Shown one piece after another: positions 29,958 to 36,666 of a DNA stretch of 60,919 nt. Source of the DNA: Candidatus Sigynarchaeum calidifontis. GTDB lineage: Archaea > Asgardarchaeota > Lokiarchaeia > Sigyniarchaeales > Sigyniarchaeaceae. The stretch lies in NCBI GenBank assembly GCA_030587475.2, contig JAUQYZ020000258.1:1-60919 (forward strand), read 5' to 3'. The translations under genes were made by a program, and so were the position numbers. Positions within the stretch are counted from its first letter, which is position 1. Each line of letters starts with the position of its first letter. Under the pieces are notes generated by a model, which had not been told where the DNA came from, searched no databases, and was given only the letters and a program-made list of their open reading frames with translations.

Positions 29958-30992
29958 TCAAGCTTCGATGTCGGGAACGTCCATCTCAGCCTTGCATGAC
30001 CAACATTTCTCGCCGTTCTTTTTCAAGAAGGTGGCGCATTTGAGACAATAAAAGGTTTCGCATTTTGGACACAAGTAAATAGCGCCTGAAATCGGACCCT
30101 TGTGCACGACGCAGATCTTCTGGTCCTTGAAGGTCGTGACCTCTTCCTCTGTCTTGTCAAGCGGTACCTGGGGGGCAGCACCATCACCGGCTGCCGGAGC
30201 ACCATCCTTCTTCATGCCCTTCACGGCCTTCGTGCTCGCGATGCTACCCATGACCTCGCTGGCGATGGCTTGTGCTTCGCTGGATTGGGGTGCCAAGACA
30301 CGTTCGAGCATAGCCCGCTTGGCGGCGGCGGCTTCCGCGGTGGTGATCGATTCCGCGGTCTTGACGGTCGGCTTCATCACCATCGACCTGGACGCGGAGA
30401 TGGTCGTGACGGATTGCGATGGCGTGGCCGCTGGCACGTTGGCCGCTGGCGCGCTGGCCGCGTTTTTCGGCATGATCTGGTTGATGATGTCGTCCGCCAC
30501 GGCTTCCAAGCCCTTGCGATAGATCGGGTCCGATGTTAAATTCGGCTGAGGTGCGGCCGGGCGCGGTTGGTGCAAGACCGGCGCGTTTAAGGCCGTGCTT
30601 GCAGCGGCACGCGTGGCCGGGCGCATGCGGGCAGGCAAGAGTGACAGCATCTGTCTTGTCTTGCCACGTCGCCCGTATTTCACGAGCTTGTAGGCCAGCT
30701 TCGCCTCCTTGCGTCCGAGATACACGCGATACCCGTTAAACTCGACGTATTTAGTACCGGAGACGCTACCCTTCTTGATGTTTATTTTTTGCGCATAATA
30801 CAAGTTGAATGCAAGGTTGAAACCAGAAGGGCCTGCACTGTAGAACACGACGCGCCGCGTGGTGATGATCAACGAGCCTGCATCGCCTACAGGCTGGCGA
30901 TGACGCATGATCCTGAATGTCATGTATTTCCCGAGGACTTCTTCCCCCGTGTCAGGAACGAATGGCGCATCGCCCATTACATTAGAGATCAT
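29958..30992 (-). CDS. Hypothetical protein: PH/GRAM-like N domain, Ala/Pro-rich linker, C-terminal RING-like Zn finger
   Basis: GEEVL...GSLIITTRRVVFY; C-terminal CVVH-x10-CPKC-x4-CLKC-x10-CWSC. Confidence 0.7.
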   Translation of the reverse strand: MISNVMGDAPFVPDTGEEVLGKYMTFRIMRHRQPVGDAGSLIITTRRVVFYSAGPSGFNLAFNLYYAQKINIKKGSVSGTKYVEFNGYRVYLGRKEAKLAYKLVKYGRRGKTRQMLSLLPARMRPATRAAASTALNAPVLHQPRPAAPQPNLTSDPIYRKGLEAVADDIINQIMPKNAASAPAANVPAATPSQSVTTISASRSMVMKPTVKTAESITTAEAAAAKRAMLERVLAPQSSEAQAIASEVMGSIASTKAVKGMKKDGAPAAGDGAAPQVPLDKTEEEVTTFKDQKICVVHKGPISGAIYLCPKCETFYCLKCATFLKKNGEKCWSCKAEMDVPDIEA

Positions 30993-31219
30993 GATCGGTT
31001 CCCATTTACCAGCATGATTGTCTTGAATGACCTATCTCAATGCAACCTATTAAGGCCATTTGCATCCATTTCTTATAACTAGATAGAAAGGAGAGCGTAT
31101 GGAGTGGTGATTCGCGGAATCAGCCTTCTCTTGATCAATTTTTAATTCCAGATAATATTATCGACTAGTGCTGCGCTCGACTGCCGGTTTCAAGGGTCGT
31201 GTTATCAAATTAAAACTAA

Positions 31220-31320
31220 GCGCCGATATTTTGGAGGAATCCCTTCAAAAACGGCAATGTCTAGTGGTATGATACGGCCCTGCCACGGCTGTGGCCCGGG
31301 TTCGATTCCCGGTCGGCGCA
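31220..31320 (+). tRNA. tRNA-Gly(GCC) with a 30-nt BHB intron (31228-31257) between positions 8/9
   Basis: Acceptor GCGCCGA (31220-31226) pairs with TCGGCGC (31313-31319), discriminator A; D arm GTCTAGTGGTATGAT; anticodon arm CGGCC-CTGCCAC-GGCTG; T arm CCGGG-TTCGATT-CCCGG; no encoded CCA. Confidence 0.9.
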
Positions 31321-31340
31321 TTTCCTTTTTTTCAATTTTC
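31321..31340 (+). terminator. Oligo-T archaeal terminator after the tRNA
   Basis: TTTCCTTTTTTTCAATTTTC immediately after the discriminator base. Confidence 0.6.
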
Positions 31341-31380
31341 CATGAAAATCAATCAAGAAAGAGATTTTTTGAAATAGAAA

Positions 31381-32175
31381 TTATGCCGGAACCACGACTG
31401 CATCGACGAACAAGTCATATTCCTCGTTCTCGTCGAGATCGTGGATCCGCACCTTCTCGACCTCGGAACCGCCAGACACCTCCACGAGCTCCGCTTGTTT
31501 CAAGAGCTTGATGTCCGAGCGCTTGACCTTGGTCTTGAGCTCGTCGTTCGTGGCGAGGTCCTTCAATGGCGAGAGCAGTATGACCCGCCCGGTCACTTTC
31601 GTGAGCTCCAGGGCAAATTCCACGCTTTTTTGATCGTACTCGACGACGAGCACGCGCTTGCCCTTGAACTGCTCCGGATTCCCATAACCGTGGTAGACCC
31701 CCTTGCCCACGTATTCGGCGAGGCCAGCCACGCTCTTGGCTTCGCCTGCGGGGCACGCAAACCTCGTCTCGCCTGGTTCGGCTGGACCGTGCTTCCCCGC
31801 CTTGAAGTTCTTGATGGCCTCGTGGAGCGCGTCGGCGGCGAGATTGGAACAATGCATCTTGATCGGGGGCAAGCCCTCGAGTTCGTTGGCCACGTCTTGC
31901 CTCGTGATCCGCATGGCCTCGTCCAGCGTCTTGCCCTTCGCGATCTCGGTTATCATGCTGCTGGTTGCGACCGCGGAACCACAGCCGAAGGTCTTGAACT
32001 TGATATCCTCGATTTTCCCGTCCTTGTCGACCTTGATGTAGATGTCCATCAAGTCACCGCAAACGGGATTGCCGACCCGACCCACGGCCACGTTCTCGCC
32101 TTCCAGCGTCCCGACGTTCCGCGGGTTCTTGAAGTGATCCAGCACTTTTTGCGAATAATTCGTGCTTTTTGACAT
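31381..32175 (-). CDS. iscU: IscU/NifU Fe-S scaffold fused to a degenerate thioredoxin-reductase-like domain
   Basis: YSQKVLDHFKNPRNVG, GNPVCGD, FGCGSA, KMHCSNL; C-terminal part resembles the TrxB NADPH domain. Start 32175 or 32187. Confidence 0.9.
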   Translation of the reverse strand: MSKSTNYSQKVLDHFKNPRNVGTLEGENVAVGRVGNPVCGDLMDIYIKVDKDGKIEDIKFKTFGCGSAVATSSMITEIAKGKTLDEAMRITRQDVANELEGLPPIKMHCSNLAADALHEAIKNFKAGKHGPAEPGETRFACPAGEAKSVAGLAEYVGKGVYHGYGNPEQFKGKRVLVVEYDQKSVEFALELTKVTGRVILLSPLKDLATNDELKTKVKRSDIKLLKQAELVEVSGGSEVEKVRIHDLDENEEYDLFVDAVVVPA

Positions 32176-32183
32176 GGTATGCA

Positions 32184-33365
32184 TCATGCCTCTTCTTTTT
32201 TTGTTAGTGGTGATAGATCCCTCAATCGCTTCACGATGCCCGGTAAAAGCTCGAGGAACTTGTCCACGTCCTGCTGCGTCGTCCAGCGGCCGAGTGTGAC
32301 TTCCAGGGAGCCGTGCGCCTCCTCGTGAAGCAACCCGAGAGCGATGAGCGTGTGGCTCGGCTCCAGCGTCTTCGACGAGCAGGCAGATCCCGTCGACACG
32401 GCGACGCCCTTTGCCTTGAACGATATCAGTATTGACTCGCCCTCGATGTAATCGAATCGAAAATGCGCGTTGTTCGGCAGCCTGTTGATCTTGTGGCCGT
32501 TCAAGTGCGATCGGGGGACAATTTCCAGCACCTTCGCAATGATCTGGTCGCGCCACTGCTGGAAACGAGTGCTCTCGGCCGCCATGCTCGCCATCGATAT
32601 TTCCGCGGCTTTTGCGAAGCCAACGATGCCCGCGATGTCTTCCGTGCCGGAACGGAGCCCGCGTTCTTGCCCGCCGCCGATGATAAGCGGGTTCAACGAG
32701 ATGCCCTTGCGCACGTACAGCGCGCCTACTCCTCTCGGGCCGTAAATGTCGTTCGATGACAGCGTGAGCATGTCCACGTTGTCACGCTGCACGTCGATGG
32801 GGATTTGCCCCTCCGATGCGACCGCGTCCACGTGGAACGCGATGCCTTTTTCCCGCGCGAGTTTCCCGATCTCGGCAATGGGCTGGATCGTGCCTATCTC
32901 GTTGCTGGCGTGCTGGACGGAGATCAGCATCGTGTCGGGCCGGATGCGCTCCGCGAGCTTGTCCAGGCGCACGGTTCCCGTGAAATCGACCGGCACTTTC
33001 GAAATCTCGAAGCCATTTTTCCCGAGGTACTTGGCGATATTGTGGATCGAGATGTGCTCGATCTCGCTAATGATGATGTGCTTGCCCTTTTGCTTGTTTC
33101 TCGTGGCAAAACCGATCAAGGCAAGATTGTTCGCCTCGGTAGCACCAGACGTGAAGATGATCTCGTCTGGCTCCTTCGCGTTGATGAATTTCGCAATCAT
33201 TTTCCGTGATGCATCGAGGGCCTCGGTCGACCAGTCGCCGACCTCATGCAGCGACGAGGCATTGCCGAACTTCTCGTTCATGTATGGTAACATTGCCGCG
33301 ATCACGTCCGGATCGACGGGTTTCGACGACTGGTAATCCAGGTAGACGACCTTTTCCGTGCCCAC
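32184..33365 (-). CDS. iscS: IscS/NifS-family cysteine desulfurase homolog (PLP Lys replaced by Asp)
   Basis: YLDY, FTSGATEANN, IEH, NEIGTIQ, HVDAV, SSNDIYGP, RSGTE, GSACSS; GAGGTGA RBS. Confidence 0.9.
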   Translation of the reverse strand: MGTEKVVYLDYQSSKPVDPDVIAAMLPYMNEKFGNASSLHEVGDWSTEALDASRKMIAKFINAKEPDEIIFTSGATEANNLALIGFATRNKQKGKHIIISEIEHISIHNIAKYLGKNGFEISKVPVDFTGTVRLDKLAERIRPDTMLISVQHASNEIGTIQPIAEIGKLAREKGIAFHVDAVASEGQIPIDVQRDNVDMLTLSSNDIYGPRGVGALYVRKGISLNPLIIGGGQERGLRSGTEDIAGIVGFAKAAEISMASMAAESTRFQQWRDQIIAKVLEIVPRSHLNGHKINRLPNNAHFRFDYIEGESILISFKAKGVAVSTGSACSSKTLEPSHTLIALGLLHEEAHGSLEVTLGRWTTQQDVDKFLELLPGIVKRLRDLSPLTKKEEA

Positions 33366-33399
33366 GAGCCTTCACCTCTCTTGTAAAAACACGGGGAAT

Positions 33400-33762
33400 T
33401 CAGAACCACAGCGTGCCGCCGGCATCGAGCACGAGATCGTTGAGCGTTCCCGCGCCGACGATCTTGACGCCCTGAACGAGATCGACCTTGTCCCAGCCGA
33501 GCATCTGCTTCGAGGCCTCGCACGCGTAGATCTTGATGCCCATCTGCATCGTCTTGTCGAGCATTTCCTTCACGCTCGGAAATGACCCTATTTTTATTTT
33601 CTCCGCAGCACCTGGCTTGAGAACCCGCAAGCCTGTTCCCAGGTAATATATCACGGGATCGAGCTCCATGGCCTTCGCGGTCTGCGCGAGTACCAACGGG
33701 GAGTATTGTCGCTCTGGATTGTCGCTGGTTTGCACGTAAAGCAACATTTTTTCGTTCTTCAT
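33400..33762 (-). CDS. DsrE/DsrF-like sulfur-relay protein
   Basis: GIKIYACEAS conserved Cys, VKIVGAG; GGTGA RBS. Confidence 0.8.
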   Translation of the reverse strand: MKNEKMLLYVQTSDNPERQYSPLVLAQTAKAMELDPVIYYLGTGLRVLKPGAAEKIKIGSFPSVKEMLDKTMQMGIKIYACEASKQMLGWDKVDLVQGVKIVGAGTLNDLVLDAGGTLWF

Positions 33763-33775
33763 CTATTGCTCACCT

Positions 33776-34015
33776 TCACTTGAGTTTCTTGATCAAGAAC
33801 CGGAGATTGCCCTCGTTGTTTTCGAGCTTCACGAGCTCGTGGCCCGTCCGCTTGACGAACCGGGTGATGTCCTCCTCGGCAGCCGGATCGTCGGCCAGCA
33901 CCTCGAGCACCTCGCCAACATTAATATTGTCGATGCCTTCCCTGGTCTTGAAGAGGGGCACGGGGCAGTAGAGGCCGACCGTGTCGATCGATTTAGCGAT
34001 TTTTGGATTCACCAT
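33776..34015 (-). CDS. tusA: TusA-family sulfurtransferase
   Basis: DTVGLYCPVP, GEVLEVLADDP, GH. Confidence 0.92.
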   Translation of the reverse strand: MVNPKIAKSIDTVGLYCPVPLFKTREGIDNINVGEVLEVLADDPAAEEDITRFVKRTGHELVKLENNEGNLRFLIKKLK

Positions 34016-34054
34016 GATCTGCCATCTCCTACTGAAAGAAGGTCCGATATCACA

Positions 34055-34060
34055 TTATAA
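34055..34060 (-). promoter_or_regulatory. TATA-like box for the tusA-dsrE-iscS-iscU operon
   Basis: TTATAA about 40 nt upstream of tusA, with an AGGAG RBS between. Confidence 0.45.
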
Positions 34061-34165
34061 CGTTCCCCTTCACCGCTAGAACCGCACTCGCATTACCTAT
34101 TTTAGATGATAAGCTGAGATTGATCACGAGCTGGATCGAGCCACGCAACCTAGGAAGGGCAGCCA

Positions 34166-34546
34166 ATGGAAAATCTCATCCAGAAAAACTATTACTGCAG
34201 CATTTGCAAGCGTTACCACGACATTACATTGCCCAAGGACCTCGCGAAGAACCGGGAATCGTACCCGTTTGCCCACATCTTTCTTCACAAGATGGAAGGT
34301 AGCAACAACATCGATGATGCCGGTGTCGATATCTTGACGACCCTCTACATCGACGCGAACATGGCTATCCGGGGTTCCGAGGTCAAGAGATTGGTGACTT
34401 GCGATATCATCTCGAAGGACGACTCGAAGAACATCGTCACCGAGCTCATGGAGGAGATGGCGCGGCTGCAAGACGAGCTCACCAAGCTCCAGGCGGAGAA
34501 CAAGGATCTCAAGGCCGAGATCGCGCGGTTGAAATCATCTCGATAG
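34166..34546 (+). CDS. Small hypothetical protein, CxxC/His metal site plus C-terminal coiled coil
   Basis: YCSICKRYH...YPFAHIFLH...LYIDAN..IRG; heptad-rich tail. Confidence 0.7.
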   Translation: MENLIQKNYYCSICKRYHDITLPKDLAKNRESYPFAHIFLHKMEGSNNIDDAGVDILTTLYIDANMAIRGSEVKRLVTCDIISKDDSKNIVTELMEEMARLQDELTKLQAENKDLKAEIARLKSSR

Positions 34547-34574
34547 ACCTTCTTGTATCGGAGCAAAAAGAAAC

Positions 34575-35939
34575 ATGGTTGCTCGAATCACGATCGCAGG
34601 TGCCGGCCACGGAGGGCTCGTGGCTGGAATTTTACTGGTACGAAACGGCTTTGACGTTACCCTTTTCGAGCAAAACTCGCGCGATGCCTTGGGTTACGAC
34701 TGGCACGACGACTTTTACCTGGAATCGTTTGACAAGGCCGGGCTTCCCCGGCCCCCATCGTCCGACTTCACGCGAAGAAAGAATATCAGTTTCCATAGCC
34801 CGGGCTTGACGCATGTGCTTTCAACGAACGTTCCCGAAAACCAATTGGAAATCCAGATGGACCGGAAGGTTCTTTATGCCCGGCTACTCGCGCACGCGGA
34901 GGAAGCCGGGGTGAAGCTCAATTTCAACACTCACGTCAGTGGGCCGCTAGTAAAAGGCCATCCAGCAATTGTGTGCGGTCTCGTCGTGGACGGCAAGGAG
35001 ATCGAAGCGGATCTGGTCATCGATGCCGCAGGTCTGAGCTCTCCCGTCCGGCGTGGATTGCCCGCCGATTACCACATCACGCACGACGTGGTTGCACCTG
35101 ATGTCTTTTACACGTACCGTGCATATTACCAGCTTTTACCGGGCAAGGCACGCGACTTGTCGATGTTTCACGTTTATTTTTTCTTTGAAGGTCTTCGCGG
35201 CATTGCTTGGTTTCGCGTTGTGGATGAACACGCCGATATTCTTTTCGGTCAAGTGAATCCACTTTCTCCAGATCTCGTGGACAAGCTCTTGCATGCCATG
35301 CGTCGCGAGGAACCATCCATCGGGGAAAAGCGCACGCGAGGTGGGCAATATAACACCATCCCGATCCGGCGATCGTTGTCGAGGTTCGTCGGGGATGGCT
35401 ATGCTGCTGTCGGGGATGCGGCTTGCATGACCGTCCCGCTGAATGGATCTGGTATTCATAACGCGTTCGTGGCGGGAAAGCTGCTCGCTGACACGGTCAA
35501 GGAGGCGAGTACCGTCACGAGCACGCGTCCTTTCACCGTTAGGGAACTCTGGCCGTATCAAGCACGTTACTTCAAGGAAATCGGCACGCGCATGGTCGGC
35601 ATCGATTGCTTGAGACGATATCTTCTTTCATTGCCAGCGAGTGATCTTGACTTCATGTTCGCCAAGCGCCTCATCACCGAAGCAGAAATCACCGCGGCGA
35701 GCGCCGGGGGGCAGATCAAGATGGGGATCAAGGACTTGATGGGAAAATTCGCCCGGGGTTTCACGCGATTGCCATTTCTCTTGTCATTGAAGAAGGCGGT
35801 CGATCAAATGAAAAAAGCAATGGCAATAGCTTCCCGCATACCTTCGACGTACGATCCATCGGCCATCAATAACTGGGAAATTGCGTTGGAGGAAAGCATG
35901 TCGTCGTTAATTAGGCCCGTGCCAAATACAATACCGTGA
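34575..35939 (+). CDS. FAD-dependent oxidoreductase, geranylgeranyl reductase-like
   Basis: IAGAGHGG, IDAAG, VGDAA..TVPLNGSGI. Confidence 0.8.
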   Translation: MVARITIAGAGHGGLVAGILLVRNGFDVTLFEQNSRDALGYDWHDDFYLESFDKAGLPRPPSSDFTRRKNISFHSPGLTHVLSTNVPENQLEIQMDRKVLYARLLAHAEEAGVKLNFNTHVSGPLVKGHPAIVCGLVVDGKEIEADLVIDAAGLSSPVRRGLPADYHITHDVVAPDVFYTYRAYYQLLPGKARDLSMFHVYFFFEGLRGIAWFRVVDEHADILFGQVNPLSPDLVDKLLHAMRREEPSIGEKRTRGGQYNTIPIRRSLSRFVGDGYAAVGDAACMTVPLNGSGIHNAFVAGKLLADTVKEASTVTSTRPFTVRELWPYQARYFKEIGTRMVGIDCLRRYLLSLPASDLDFMFAKRLITEAEITAASAGGQIKMGIKDLMGKFARGFTRLPFLLSLKKAVDQMKKAMAIASRIPSTYDPSAINNWEIALEESMSSLIRPVPNTIP

Positions 35940-35952
35940 AACAAAGAGAAGA

Positions 35953-36531
35953 TCATTCTCGTGTCTCTTTCTTTTGCAAGAAGATGCCATCACGTGAAAT
36001 GCACGTGTCCCCCTCTCCATCGATGATGTTTGCATACCGGGCGAGCTGGAACATCAAGTCCGAGAGCCGGTTCAGGTACTTGACGAGTTCAGGATTAATT
36101 GGTGCGTCGGCTGCGAGGCGGAGAATCTCCCTCTCGGCCCGGCGGAGCACGGTTCTGGCGTGGTGCAGGAAAACGGCGGCCTTCGTGCCGCCCGGTATGA
36201 CAAAATGTTTCGCGGGCGGCATCTCTTTACCGAGCTCGTCGATGATCTTTTCAAGGTCGATCGAGTCTTTCCCTTCAACTTTATAAACGAGCTTGCCAGG
36301 ATCCGTTGAAGCGAGCTCTGATGCGATGAAATAATTCTTGACTTGTAACTTTTCGATGATCGTGGCAACTTTTTTTGATGCAAAGACCTTTGCGATGCCG
36401 AGAACAGCGTTGAACTCGTCGATGGTGCCGTATGCCTCGACCCGCGGGCTGGTTTTCTCGACACGTTCCCCCGAGAGCAATCCGGTCTCTCCTTTATCAC
36501 CCTTTCTCGTGTATATTTGGCCAACGGGCAT
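35953..36531 (-). CDS. ATP:cob(I)alamin adenosyltransferase (PduO type)
   Basis: IYTRKGDKGET, EAYGTIDEFN, FVIPGG, ARTVLRRAER, YLNRLSD. Confidence 0.95.
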   Translation of the reverse strand: MPVGQIYTRKGDKGETGLLSGERVEKTSPRVEAYGTIDEFNAVLGIAKVFASKKVATIIEKLQVKNYFIASELASTDPGKLVYKVEGKDSIDLEKIIDELGKEMPPAKHFVIPGGTKAAVFLHHARTVLRRAEREILRLAADAPINPELVKYLNRLSDLMFQLARYANIIDGEGDTCISRDGIFLQKKETRE

Positions 36532-36666
36532 AAGCACTTCCTCGGCTGTGTCTAGATACATACACGCGGTTTTCCTTTATGACTTGAACCGTGATCTTCC
36601 AGATCGATAGACATCAGATGGAATTCTTCCTAACTTCTTAATAACAACGGGGGCAAGCTCGCTAGC

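Noticed and set aside
31220-31320. tRNA as an integration site for a mobile element
   Set aside because: No integrase, transposase or duplicated tRNA end was seen in the window.
32188-32556. N-terminal extension of the IscU ORF in the ORF track
   Set aside because: Overlaps iscS in another frame; IscU homology starts at about 32175.
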